Shown in pieces: positions 11,290 through 24,904 of a stretch of DNA of 64,000 bases. Below the pieces are notes generated by a model. That model was not told the origin of the DNA and made no database searches. It worked only from the letters and a program-made list of their open reading frames with translations. Position numbers and translations under genes: made by a program. This DNA comes from Octopus vulgaris (lineage: Eukaryota), in NCBI GenBank assembly GCA_951406725.2, contig OX597827.1:21266001-21330000 (forward strand). The letters are read 5' to 3'. The first letter of the stretch is position 1; each line of letters opens with the position of its first letter.

Positions 11290-12400
11290 TTTCAAATGTG
11301 GAAATAAGGTCTGGAATCTAAGGACCTTAGGGTTAATTTAGCGAAAATCAAAGTCCTAGTTACTAGGAAAACAGATGAGTCACAAATCCCTGCTCAATAT
11401 GTAAGAAGGATGTTGGTAGAAACTCAATACGTTGCAGCCAGTGCAGACTTTGGATCTTTTCGGTTTGAACAGCAGTTTTTAACATAATTTCTAAGTAACT
11501 AAAAAATTTAAAACTTCGTATACTGGTAGAATGTGTTTATAAAACATATTTTTTCTCTTGGCTTTATTGAGAAAATTCTATAGTTTGTAAGATATTTGTT
11601 GTTTTTTTTTTTCTTCAATTTCTGCAATTTCAACCAATCAGTGACATCCATCAAGGTAAAAAACATTCTGTGCCGTATGAATATGTCCCTCGTTTAAGAA
11701 ACAGATTGGGTTTATTTACATTTGTGAAGAAAAAAAGATACCCTTCCCTCCACCCCTAACCCTAACCCTAACTAAACTTAATCCTAAAACAGATAGAAAT
11801 GCAATAGATCGATACTATGGTCATAATTATGGGTGACAATTTCATATGACACCGCTAGAAAAAACTGCTGTTCAAACCGAAAAGATCCCAGGCTTTGAAC
11901 AGATAAGAAGTGTAGTGGTATAACAGGAAGGTTGATGGAGAACAGAGTCTTTGTGTGTAGCAAATGTCCAGACAAAATAAGCAGCAAGAATGTTCAGCAG
12001 GGGAACATTAGAAATAGTAGATAGCTTTTGTTACCTAGGAGAGCAAGTTAGTAATGGTGGAGAAAGTTCTGGAAGTGTGGTTGCTAGGATAAGAACTAGC
12101 TAGGCAAAGTTCAGAGAGCTTCTTTGTTGGTAACTAAGGACCTCTCCCTCAGAGAGAAAGGCAATTTGTTTGATGCATGTGTACATACAACTATGTTATA
12201 ATAAGGACTTTGACTACAGAGGTTTTGAGAAGACTTGAAAGAAATGAAGCTAGCCATGCTCCACTGAATGGGTAATATCAGTGCACATGCACAACAGCAT
12301 GTAAATGAGTTAAGAGGAAAACTGGGTACAAGGGGCATCAGGTGTTGTGTGCAGGAGAGAAGACTGCACTGGTTTGGTCATGTGATGCATATGGATGAAT
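11290..12400 (+). mobile_element. RTE LINE fragment interrupted by a MITE at 11452-11888
   Basis: LRVNLAKxKV, SICxKxVGRNSIRCSQC, EIVDSFCYLG and LHWFGHV motifs continue across the MITE. Confidence 0.8.
11452..11888. mobile_element. MITE family A (TIR GGATCTTTTCGGTTTGAAC..., 8-bp TSD, internal CCCTAA repeats)
   Basis: TIRs of about 29 bp; TSD cagacttt / caggcttt. Confidence 0.9.
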
Positions 12401-12424
12401 ACACGCCATTGATTGGTTGAAATT

Positions 12425-12711
12425 TTGTTGTTTGTTCCTTCTCGAGCCATGCCTGGTTTCATTGGCGTATAGATTCCCCACCTGGACGGGACGCCGGTCC
12501 GTCGCAGGTGAGCTGCAAGATGCAGGAGGAAAGAGTGAGAGAAAGTTGCGGCGAAAGAGTCAGCAGAAGTTCACCATTACCTTTCGCCGAAGCCGCGTGG
12601 AGCTTAGGTGTTTTCGCTCATAAACACACACATCGCCTGGTCTGAGATTCGAACACGCGATCCCTCGACCGCGAGTCCGCTGCTCTAACCACTAGGCCAT
12701 GTGCCTCCACA
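12425..12711 (-). mobile_element. Young GC-rich tRNA-derived SINE inserted into a family-A-related MITE remnant (about 12397-12896)
   Basis: A box TGGCCTAGTGG, B box GTTCGAATC, A/C-rich tail, 13-bp TSD attggttga(a/c)att at 12412-12424 and 12712-12724. Confidence 0.85.
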
Positions 12712-13697
12712 ATTGGTTGACATTACCGAAATACAACAACTTTAACACGAAATAACTTTCAAAATATAAACTTTTCTCAACAACACTAAGAGTAAAAGAT
12801 GTTTTATATGACACATTCTACCAGTGTCCGAAGTTTGAAAGTGTTTAGTTACAAAAAATTAATTTCTCGATCTGTCGTTTAAAGGGAAAAAGATCCTTAT
12901 CCTTACACCCATCCATACTTACCCCACCCCCATATGTGTGTATATATATATATATATATTTAACAGATGTATATACATGACGTGTAACGGCGCTTCAGTG
13001 CCCCACACATTGACTTGGTTCCCTCATAATTTCTGAAAATAAAATTTTGCAGAGATACGTTTTTCTGCCTATCAAGCAATTTCTTTGAAGGTACCAGGTG
13101 TAAAACATGAGTAGGTGTAGAAAAAAAAGAAAAAGAAAAGAAGTCGGAGTTTGGGATAATTTTGCTTCCAACTCGCATGACAGTATCCATAACTTGATCG
13201 TTTTTTTTTTTAATTGTTTCTTATCAGATTTCTATGTTTGAAGCATCAACTTTACATAATCCACACCCTTGAAAAGTTTCATTAGTAAATATACATTTTT
13301 CAGAAAGTTATGAGGAAACAAATTTGGCGGGGCACTAATCTGTATTTATGCCTTACATTAGATAGTAAGCGAGACTGATAGCAACGGATATATACATATA
13401 TAATTGCTGTAACTTACTGGTCAGCACAGGGAATTCTCGATCGACGATTATAGTCCCTATCAGTTTGTATGTATACAATTATGTGCGTTAACTACAGCAG
13501 TAAAGCATTTTAGCTCTTATTTCTAGCAATCTAGGTGTTTCTTACACCCTAGCCATATTTAATCACGATTATAGCTTCCCTTTTTTGTCAAAACATTGCA
13601 CACCGCTGTCTGTATTAATTTTCAGTGAGTGTGTGAATGGGTGAGAAGTGATGTACATATATTGTACATTAAGTAAGCGGAGAATGTTGGATAATTG

Positions 13698-13953
13698 GGT
13701 ACTACTAGCGAATAGTGGTCCCGGTGCGCGCACACGCGCTAGCTAGACGTAAGTAGTCGATCCTAAATAATTTGTTAAAATAAGTAAATAAATTATTTTT
13801 ATAAACAAACTAAGGTGAGGGTTGGGGTTATGGTTAAGGTTAGGGTTTAAAAATTAGGGTTAGGGTTAGGGTTAAAAAGTCGTTGTAGGATCGACTACTT
13901 ACGTCTAGCTAACACGGATGCGCGTACCGGGACCACTGTTCACTAGTAGTACC
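13698..13953. mobile_element. MITE family B (TIR GGTACTACT..., 9-bp TSD GGATAATTG, internal TTAGGG repeats)
   Basis: Imperfect TIRs of about 65 bp and a perfect 9-bp TSD at 13689-13697 and 13954-13962. Confidence 0.9.
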
Positions 13954-15350
13954 GGATAATTGTTCATTAGCGCTTTCGTCCTGAGCCAACAGGTCTTGTT
14001 TGCCCGAATTCTGTCTCCCCTTCGTTTCATGCCACATCTTAAGTATCTGGCCACCATCTTTGGGTATTATATAAAAACCAATTGGCTTTAAGCACGTAAC
14101 TTTTTAATCTTTTCTTTTACTTGTTTCAGTCATTTGACTGCGGCCATGCTGGGGCACCACCTTTAGTCGAACAAATCAATCTCAGGACTTCTTTGTAAGC
14201 CTAGTAATTATTCTATCGGTCTCTTTTGCCAAACCGCAAATTTACGGCGACGTAAACGCACCGACATCGGTTGTCAAGCGTTGTTAATGGTGGCGGAACA
14301 CACACGCACACATATATATATACGACGGGCTTCTTTCTTTTCCGTGTACCAAATCCACCCGCAAGACTTTGGTCGGCCTGAGGCTATAGTAGAAAACACT
14401 TGCCCAAGGTGCCATGTAGTGGGACTGAACCCGGAACCATGAGGTTGATAAGCAAGCTACTTACCACGCAGCCACTCCTTTGCGGAAATTTTCAGAAAAA
14501 TTTTTGCGAATTCACACGACTATGAAAATTTTTTTTTCAATCAGTTTAAAATACAGGCAATCCGAAGTTTTGGCTTAAATCTCAGCAGTAGACCATTAAA
14601 TGTATTTATGGGGAGAAAGATATTGTAAAATAAGTCAGAATGACAAACAAACGAAGAGGGTATGAGTCGGTCGTGATATGTTCTGAAAATTTTTTTTTTG
14701 TTTTTTGCTTAATCGTATGAATTTCCGTGTGTAAAATCACTTTCTGGGAATTCCAAAATATATAAAATTTATGATGAATTATATAGCGTGCTTGAAGCAG
14801 AATGCTGCCAAACAACCTAACATTAAATCGAAGAATTAATCAATACTTTTTAATAAAATACATATTAACTTGTACAAGGAACTTTTTACAGTACTTTCAA
14901 CATTTCAGTTTGACTAAAATTACACAAGATCGGCAAATTTTAAAAGCTATTAACTATTTATTGATTTAGGGCAAAAATGAATTTTATTTCCATAATTAGC
15001 ATACAAAACTATATCAATACACCAAATTTGGAATCACTTGGAACAAAAGTGAACAAGCTGGAACTTCTAAAGTCACCGTCGATTGTTTCTTTGTAAAAAT
15101 TAACAAACATACCCACACAAGGGCAGTAGGAGTAACTGAGTGGCCAAAAAATACTCTTCGTAACATTGACGTTCTCGGATTGCGTCTAGCGAGTCACCTT
15201 GCCGTAGCATCGGGTCAATGTGATATATTCGTCGCCCCGGCAACCCTCGAGCCGGCCCTGCACACATGCACGCGCACAAATATTTTTGTGGCATGTAATG
15301 GATCTAATTTCATTAGACACGCCCTTGTGATGAAAAATATGTAGTTAATG

Positions 15351-15505
<155 letters not shown>

Positions 15506-15857
15506 CGTCTGGGGAGTCATTCTCTTTTAGTGCCAACGACTATTGAAAAGGTTGCAAGACACAACGAAAATTTTAAATAAATAAATAAGTGGAAACTTTA
15601 CCGGTGAATGTATTAAATAATAAGGCACTAAAAGAGAATGACTCTCCCCAGACACAACAAAATATGCTTCAACACACGAACTCACGTAAAGAATCTTGCA
15701 AACCAAATCCCAAAACAAAAATAAATAAATATATATATAAAAAGAGCGTAGGCTCGAAACGTTAAAGACTTTTTCACTTCCCGAGCGTTAAACTAATACA
15801 TCTGTTTGTTGTCCACACCACCTGTCTTCGTCTTTTGTTTTTTTGTGAATTCTCCCC

Positions 15858-16045
15858 TTATATATATATATATAAACACACATATATATATACACATATA
15901 CATACATATATAGATACATGTATACACACACATATATATACATATATAGATACATATATATACACACATATATATATATACACATATACATACATATATA
16001 GATACATGTATACACACACATATATAAACTCATATACATATATAG

Positions 16046-16102
<57 letters not shown>

Positions 16103-16539
16103 TATATATATATACATATATATAAACACACATATATATATACATACATATATATAAACACACATATATATATACATATATATATATACACATATATCGA
16201 TACATGTATACACACACATATATAGAGAGAGAGATACACATATATATACATATATAGATACATATATAGTTACACATATAGATACACATATATATACATA
16301 TATAGATACATATATAGTTACACATATAGATACACATATATATACATATATAGATACACATATATATACATATATAGATACACATATATATACATATATA
16401 GATACACATATATATACATATATAGATACACATATATATATACATATATAGATACACATATATATACATATATAGATACACATATATATATACACATATA
16501 GATACATATATATATATACACATATAGATACATATATAG

Positions 16540-16596
<57 letters not shown>

Positions 16597-16600
16597 TATA
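15858..16600. repeat. Compound (AT)/(AC) micro/minisatellite including a 24-bp unit (catatatagatacacatatatata)
   Basis: Visible periodicity; it produces the spurious [10 protein letters not shown] ORFs. Confidence 0.95.
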
Positions 16601-17462
16601 TAAGAAACAGCTATAAGTTAATGAAGATCACAAATTAGTGATGTATTCCTTAGTCATTCCAGTTTCTTGCTACAGCTCTGCCCTCGACTAATGCTTTGTT
16701 CTGAAACATGTATATTGAGTCCTAACACCAGGTTATTAGTATAGGTAAGTCTAAACAAAATATTGGCATCAAATTGTGGCACAAAGCCAGTAAGTTCACG
16801 AGAAAGGGCTTAATCGATTCAAGCGACCCCAGTATTCAACTAGTGCTATGCCATCGACCCCGAAAGGATGGATGAATGGCAAAGTCGACCTTGACGAAAT
16901 TTGAACTCAGAACGTAAAATGACGGAATACGGCTAAACATTTTGTCTGGCGTGCTTTGAATCCTGCCAGCTAAATATTATAATGTATTTAATGTATAAAA
17001 GAAAAAATTTGATACCTTGTATTAATTTTTTTTCCTTAATTGGTTTACGCACTGGCTACTCAATAAAATCTTGTATAGATTTTAGCTTTATATTTTATAT
17101 ATTTATGCAGAATGCTCGTGTAATTAAGGAATTTGTATCCAAACCATTTAGTTTCGGTCCTACTGTGTTGCAACTTGGGAAAATACCTTCTTCTGTGATA
17201 CACAATCCCTATTGATCGTTTTTTTTCTTTCCCTTTTACGATCCCTTTTGATCGAAAACCCACCCCACTTTTTTCTCCCCCAAAAGAAAAGCTCTACTTT
17301 GTAATCTGTCCCGTCTGTGCTCAGCCCTGTGTGGCTAATAAAGAAGCCTGCTATATATGTATCATATATGCATACGTAGATAGGTATAATTAACACACAC
17401 ACATACATACATCTGTATATGTATCTTTATGGCGTGTGAGAAGAGAAAGAGAAAATCATTAC

Positions 17463-17660
17463 CTGTTGAATTTAAAATAAGTTGACTCGGATAAACAAAA
17501 AAAGTGAACGTCAGGAAAATAGAATATATTTTCAACCGGGTAAAAGTAAGATCTATAATTAACGAACAAAACTGTTACAAGTGTCTCGGTTTAAGCGCAG
17601 GCAACAAGGAACTGAAGTAGAGTTACTTCCTTTGACAGCGAGAGTTCGACGAAGTTGTGT
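17463..17660 (-). promoter_or_regulatory. Probable non-coding first exon and promoter of the CARD-DD gene
   Basis: CAG|GTAATG donor at 17462 beside non-repetitive, CpG-enriched sequence (about 17480-18120). The 5' end is not determinable. Confidence 0.5.
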
Positions 17661-19784
17661 TCCTGTTCCTATCTGTTGCTGCTCGTATCTCTGAGTCCGA
17701 CACCATTCCATTCCCACCAAAGATCATATATATTAAACAAGCCACTGTAATTAATTGGTATTTTTTGTTCTTTACGAATCTCTTGAAGGATAGAAAGTAA
17801 ATCTCTGGTGAGATTTAAACTCGGAATAAGGACTTGCATCTCCCTCTGCCCGATACTAATCCTCTTCGTGCCGAATTGGCCGGTCTTGTAAATATATTTC
17901 AGTCGTGTAAGTGTCGGAAAAAAAAATGTAAGTGGGGGAAAAAAAATGTTTACGAAGTTGACAGCAAAACCCCGTTTTACTTGCAGTTTCTCTTCATAAT
18001 TTACCCGGCGCTCTAACATTTCGGCCAGTTTTACTGATTTCGTTCACGTTTCCGGGAACCAGGAAGATATAGAAAAGAAACGGCAAGGAAAATAGCCCGT
18101 TTTGTCAACTTTGCGAACATACAATTTCTGGTAGATACATCAGAAGAATGTACCCACAAAAACGGTAGTTCATATGAAAATAATTTACTATCGGACACAG
18201 GAGGATATAAGTCCTTTAAAACAACCTGGTAGGAGTAGTGAGGGAAAGTAGGAGTTACTTTAATCATCAAACCCCTTCTAAGTTGCAGGCCTTGTGTCTG
18301 TCAGCATCGTCATTATTCTAATGTCTACATTTCCATGTTTGTGTAAACTGCAGGAAACTCGGAGAAACAGATTCTCTACAGTTGGATGCTCTTTCTATCC
18401 CGAACCCTAACCTGCTTTCAAACATGGTAATATTTCCCCCTGTCCTTCAAACATGAACAGTACAACGGCCAGGCATGTTTTTGCAGAAGATTAACAGCTA
18501 AACCACTTGCAAGGTATGATGTTTGCTTACAATTATCCTTCATTGTCATAACAAAGTGACACACACACACACACATATTTATTTATTTATACACACACAC
18601 AATAGCAGGCTTCCTTCCGCCTCCGTCTACCAATCTATTGAAAAGGCTTTAATCAACCTGGACCTGTGCCATACAGTGGGATAGCACCTGAAATGACATG
18701 GTGGAGTAAGAAACTCTTTAACCTCCTATGTCTGCATCTTATGTCTTCCTTCAATTATCTTCAAAATAATCTGCAATTTACTGGTGTTTATTATAGAACC
18801 ATTTTACATTTATTTTCTTAAGCTGGTGTCAACAGGTGCCATGCAAAAAGTACTGGTGCTCGTGCCACGTAAAAGGCACTGGTGATGGTGCCACATAAAA
18901 AAAACCATCCAGTACACTCTGTAAAGTGACTGGTGTTAGCAAAGGTACCCAGGTTTCATAGTCTGTCGAACCATCCAACCCATGCCAGCATGAAAAAACA
19001 GACGTTCAATGACGATGATGATCCTGATATCAACATTAACAAAAAATTACTGGCATATTAACCCTTTAGCAATTAAAGCAGCCGTTTCTGGCCAAAATAT
19101 TCTACTTGATTTATCTTCTGACCGACCAGATCTTGCCTCTCACACTTACCCTACAATATCATTCTAAAAGTAGACACGTCATTTGAAATCTCAAAGCTAC
19201 ACAGTAAAGCATGACTAGTTCAAATCAATGTAAATAAATAAGCATTCGATCTGGCCCACAGTGGCCTTCTCTTCGCTTCGTACATTATGTCATTTTGTTT
19301 GCAAGAAATAGACTGGATGTAAATTGCCATTCTTCAAACTCAGTGAAGTAAAACAAGTTAGGACATGTCACATGCAAGAAATTATGAAAAAAAAAAATAC
19401 AGTGAAATGTCAGACAATAGCTAAGTTATAAGAAAAGCGGAAATCGCTGACTATTGAAGAGCTTTGTGAGTCACTTAACCTTCACATGTCATTTGACACC
19501 CATTGCGTTATATGTAAAGCAATTCAATGGGCAGGTAAGAAAGAGCAGATAATAATAATAATAATAATAATAGTTTCAAATTTTGCCACAAAAGCAGCAA
19601 TTTTGGGGGAGGGGATGAATCAATTACATTGACCCCAGTGCTTGACAACCACTTATTTTATTGACCCCCAAAATGACGAAAGGCAAAGTTAACCTTGGAG
19701 GAATTTGAAGTCAGAATGTCAAGGTGGATGAAATGCCGCTAAACATTTTGCCCAGCACGGTAAGGATTCTGTCAGCTTGCTGCT

Positions 19785-19819
<35 letters not shown>

Positions 19820-19821
<2 letters not shown>

Positions 19822-22800
19822 TTTCTTTATTAACCACAAAGGGGTTTACATAAAAAAGAAAACCTTATGGAGAAAACAGGATAAATACAATGCGGGGTTA
19901 CATGAAAGTTGAGTAAACAATGGAAAACCTTAACATTAATTGAATATAACAACAAAATTCCCCCAAAGAGGGTTTACCTCCTAGAACTGCTTGTGAAAAC
20001 CCCACAAGTCCACAACAGTTCTGACCACTAGGGTAAGTGCCCTCTTCGCTTTGTCTACAGCCATATGCTTAGAGTAGGCTCACTCACTTGGGCCATTCTT
20101 GCAACGTTCATCCACCTTTTGAGAAAATTACTGCTGGGGGCAGAACATCTCTCTCCACCCTCACTTTTCTTTTCAAGTGAAATTTGAAAAAGTTAATGAA
20201 GGTTTGGCCAAAGAGGAAAGTATCTGTCTTCAGCTCACACAACCTCTTTCACTAAGGCCACCAGGCAAAGAAAAACAGCCTGCCCTTCCTACTCATAGGA
20301 AGGCAGCAGGACTGTCTTCACAATGGACTCAGCCGATAGCTGGATTCGTCCTACACACGACAGCAGGTGTTCGACATAAACCCACAAGTCAGAAATACTA
20401 AGGCACCAGATGAGAGCATGCAAAATGGTTGCGTCACTTTGTGCGCATCTCGGGCAAGCCTGGTTGAATACACTTCCATACCTGTAGAGCTTATCTGAAA
20501 CAAGCAGTGTGCCCTGGTAGCACTGCCAGGCCCAGGATTTCTGGAAATTATCATTAGGTCCCAGCCCAGACCAGCCAACTTGTTCTTATTGACACCCAGA
20601 GTCTCCCCGAGAAATCGTTGCATTTACCCACCCTCTAACCCTCCATAGAACGCCACAATAGAATGGACAGCGACCACATTGCCTGACTGACAGAAGAGCG
20701 TGAGCACCTGATGACACTCTAGGTGCCAGGTGCCCTTCCTTGGTCTACGCTTGATCTAGGGCTGCAGCTCAGTTGTGGGAAATCGCATCTGACAAATAGT
20801 GACCACACTGCTCACCATCTTGGAAGTGCTGGAGATGTCACAGCCTCAGCGCATATCTGTGCATTAATAGCCAAGGCATGCCCAGCCCTCCATTTAATGG
20901 GTGTTGACAGCAAATGGAATGCCTGACCAATGGAATGCATCTCTTCCACAGAAAGCAAAATGGTAGGTGCTCCAGTTTGGCCAGACTTGAACTGGGACAG
21001 GGCACAATGGTAAGCCAGTAGTAGATGATGGATACAATGTAAGCATTTGCCACCTCCACCCAACCTTTCAGGGATAGTTTTCTCTCAGCCCATTTCTGGA
21101 TGAGATTGGCCACCCTGCTTGCTACCTTGTCCTAGTACTTCTCCACCTGGAGATCTGGACCGAACCAGACCCCAAGTAATTAACAGGTCCTTCCATCCAG
21201 CATCCCATGATGCTGTTGGAAGGCATGGACTTGCCTCTCTAGTTGCCAAGTTGCAGGCCCACTGACTTCTGATTAATTTCTGCTCCTGTCACCACTTTGT
21301 ATTCTTTTAGAACAGTGCCAACCAGATTTATGAGCTTAGTGTTCAACACTATGACATTGGCATTGTCTGCATATGCCGACATGGTTTTCCCACATCCTAG
21401 TTTGCGCAGGATGCCTCTCAACGCTTCCAATTTCTGCAGTAATGGCTCTAGAGCCATCACATATAGGAGAGATGAGAGGGGATACTCATGATGGACTGAA
21501 AGCATGATGCTGAAAGGTTCCGATCTGGGTAACTGTTCACCCAATCTACCAAACAGATGTCACTGTACATTGCTGTAATCCACCCATGGAAAATGGGATC
21601 AAAACTGGTTGCCATGAGGATGGCCGCCAAGTATTGGTGGTCAACTCTATCAAAGACTGATCTAAATTGATCAACACCCCACTCATGCCAGCTTCATTCC
21701 CTACCCTGTCTATGATGTATCACATGAGGTGGAGGTTGTCATGGATGGATCTGCTTTAGGATGGTGCATGTGCATCACCAATCAGTTCTTTAATGACAGG
21801 CACCAACCTCTTCACTAGCGCCTTGGCCAAAATTTTGAAGTCTGCATTGAGCAGCATTATAGACCGAAAATTTTCTATTTGATCCATCTTGTTTTGGTCC
21901 TTTTTAAGCAGTTCCATCACTTCTTGGCTCACAGAACTAGGAATTTTCCCATTCTGCTGCCAGTTGCAGTAGGCATCTGCTATGAGATCATCAAACAAGT
22001 CTGGCATATAATAGTAAAGACCATCCAAGCCAGGTGATTTACCTGCTGTGCAGCAGCCCATCATCGCATCCTGTATTTCTGCAGCTGTTATTGTCATTTC
22101 GCAACACCTTACCCCACTTGATGAGAGTCATTGCATGCCATCAAAGTAGGCACTAAAGTCCATCCTGCGTTCCGGATTGCCACTCGTCCCAAACAGTTGA
22201 GCGAAATGCTGCACACATCTGCTTGGGCTCAAGTATTGTGCACCCACCTGGGTCCACCAAAAACCGAATTGTGGCTTTGTTGCCATGTTGAGCCTCAACC
22301 ACTCAGGCACTTCAAGCAGTTTTAATTCCCTCATTTCTTAGAGCACATACCTTAACTCTGACAATTCATCTTTCATGCTTAGTGGTGAAGAATTAGTCAA
22401 GGACCAATCTTGCCGCCTGCACATCAGTTGCAATGCCTCTCCTAAGTCCTTAACTAGCTTTCCTCCTGTTTTATTTTTTTCTATCACTAATGCCTTGCTA
22501 ATCCTAACTGGTTCCATTCTAATTGCCCTTTTCAGGGCGTACAACCATTTATTGTTAAGTAGTGACCCTGTTAATGCTCACTTAACTAATTCGCTAATCC
22601 AGTCTCTGTAAGCTTGGCACGCTGGGAATGATGTGTTCAGCTTCCAGTAATTGGGTCCCTGCCTACCTAGCCTATCTAAGTTGACCATGCAGATCACAAA
22701 TTTGTGGTCTGTGTTATTCTGTCCTCATCGATATCTGTGGCTGTTTCCACGAGCAGTTTCTTGTACAGTCTTTTGTTGATATCTTTCCTGAAGGCCCCAG

Positions 22801-23960
22801 CTCCTTCAGTATATTTTGTTTATATTTTGCTGTGTTTTATGATGTTAGCAGGAATTTTATGAGCGGCAGTCTGGTGTTTGTGATGAAATCAGTATCTGTG
22901 ATGTGTGTATGGTTGGATATGTGTGCATTAAATTCTTTATTGTTTATGTTTGTTGTGTTGCTGGTGTTGGGGTGTGTAGGCTGTGAGTTGTATGTGTGAA
23001 CTGGGTTGTGCTTGTGGTGGTGGTGACGTCGCTGATGGGGATGCTGTTGTTGTTTACGGCACTGGTGTTGTTGCTAATGGGGAAGATGTTTGTGTGTTTG
23101 TTTTGTGATGTGCCTGCTCCCTGTCATCATACCTGCCAGGTTTTTGTGTTTTACTTGGTGTATTTTTGTTCCTTTTTCTTTTAGATCTGGCGACTTGTTG
23201 CCATTTAGGCTCTTTTCCTCCTCCGCCATGCTGGACGTGTGAGTGTTTGGGGAAGGGTAGAGACAAATCTTGTGGGGCTTTTTGGTTGTGCTTTGTTGAT
23301 AAGGTTGTTGTTTTTGTTGCTGTTTGGTGTGTGGAAAGCATTACTGTTGGTGAGTTGTTTATTTTGTTTGCTGTTGTTGCTGCTCCAGTGACCACCTCCC
23401 TCTGCTGGTGCTGTTGCTGTGGTTGTTGTGCTGGTGGTGTCTGCAGCAGTGCTTTTTTTTTCCTTTTCATTGTGTATGGCAGAAAGCCCTTAAGTGGTTT
23501 GTTTGGCCACAAATGTGTCATCTGGGTTTCCTGCCCTCTACCACTACAAATGATTTTGAACCTCCACAAAGCTTGATGATATCTGGGATCTCTTGTGCAG
23601 TTTCAAAATCTGCATGCAATAAGATTTCCATCCCAGTACCATACCAATTTTCTGTTTCCTTGTTTCAAGAATTCTACATCTCCTCTTCTGTGCCGTACAA
23701 TACAGCTGCTGCCAATAAGATGTCTACTTCTGGTGGAACCTCTGCTACCTTCACTCTGACAACTCTTTGACCGAGGTACATGGGAATCATATGTAATTCC
23801 TCAATCTTCAGAGTTGTCATGGCATCTTCTTTGGCTAGTGGTTCTCTTGTGAATCTCACCTCTACTGCGTCAAAGCTTTTACTACATGTGACACAAGACT
23901 TTTGGTTCCAAACAGGTCTCAGCCATTTTTCAACCTAAGCCTGCATGGCTCTTTCTATCT
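19820..23960 (-). mobile_element. Decayed L1/Tx1-like LINE (ORF1 remnant, end of endonuclease, RT, C-terminus, 3' tail next to a (TTA)n tract)
   Basis: KSPGLDGL, FRSIMLLNADFKILAKAL, PLSSLLYVMALEPLL, SAYADN and LSLKG...VAN motifs; many stops and frameshifts. Confidence 0.85.
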
Positions 23961-24139
23961 TGCACATATTCAACGATATACATCTATATATAATGGTGCT
24001 CCTCCATGCTGCTTCCTGCACTTTCTCTGGTATCAGGATTGTGTTAAAGCAGAGAAAAACAGCTTAAGGTGGTATGTAGAAAATACTGTGGACCTATTGC
24101 TGAAGCGTGAAGGAGTCTGGTATCGTCAAAAGTGATAAT

Positions 24140-24860
24140 TATGTAAAGAAAGAGAAACTTAGAGGGGAAAAACACAGAAAAAATGTAGTTAGTTTTGAAG
24201 AGATGCAAGAACCAAGACAAATACAGAAGATTGGTGGTGATGGATGTGGAGGAGTGACTTGAAGATAGGAACAGAAGCACTTAGAAGCATTGAGGATGGA
24301 TTGTATGAAGTACAGAATTGATAGTACAACTGAGGATGACAAAGGCAGAATGTGTGGTGAGAGGGATGAAATGGTATGGCACATTATTAGGGAATGCCCG
24401 AAATTGGCAGAACACAGTTACAATAGACCACGACAATGTGAAAAGAATGATCCATTAGGAGCTCTGTGAAAATTACGGCCCACAAAGAAGCAAAGATGTG
24501 GTATGACCAAATCTCAGAAGGAGTTAATGAGAATGAAGATTGCAAAATCCTGGGGGATGCACTGATTCAGTTTGACCATCAGATCAGACATTGGAAACGC
24601 GACATTGTTGTGGTGAACAAAAAGGAAGGAACTTGCATTATAATCGACAAAGCATGTCCTGGTAGAACAGGTTCGAAGAGAAAGAAGAACAAAAAGTGGT
24701 TGAATTCATGTGGGAAATATGCAGGCTGTGGGCAATGAAGAGAGTAGACGTGATAGCAATAGTAATTGGTGCACTTGGAACTATCAGCAATCAACTACCA
24801 ACAAGGCTGGAAAAGATGGGTGCAAGTGTGAAGGTAGAACAAGAGTTCTTCACAAGGTTC
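24140..24860 (+). mobile_element. Restriction-like-endonuclease LINE (R4/Dong-like) C-terminal fragment
   Basis: Decayed CCHC knuckle (RMCGERDE..WHIIRECPKLA) followed by DIVVVNKKExTCIIIDxACPG and RLWxMKRVDVIAIVIGALGT. Confidence 0.75.
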
Positions 24861-24904
24861 TTGAAGCATGACCAGTAAACAAGTGTCACCTTAGTCTGCT
24901 GGCT

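Noticed and set aside
12630-12711. tRNA gene
   Set aside because: A and B boxes are present, but there is no complete cloverleaf and it continues into a SINE body with a tail and TSD.
13815-13875. True telomere or chromosome-fusion scar
   Set aside because: Only a few hexamers, enclosed by MITE TIRs and a TSD.
23054-23569. 171-aa Q/T-rich host protein
   Set aside because: It is collinear with the decayed Tx1-like LINE and is best explained as an ORF1 remnant.
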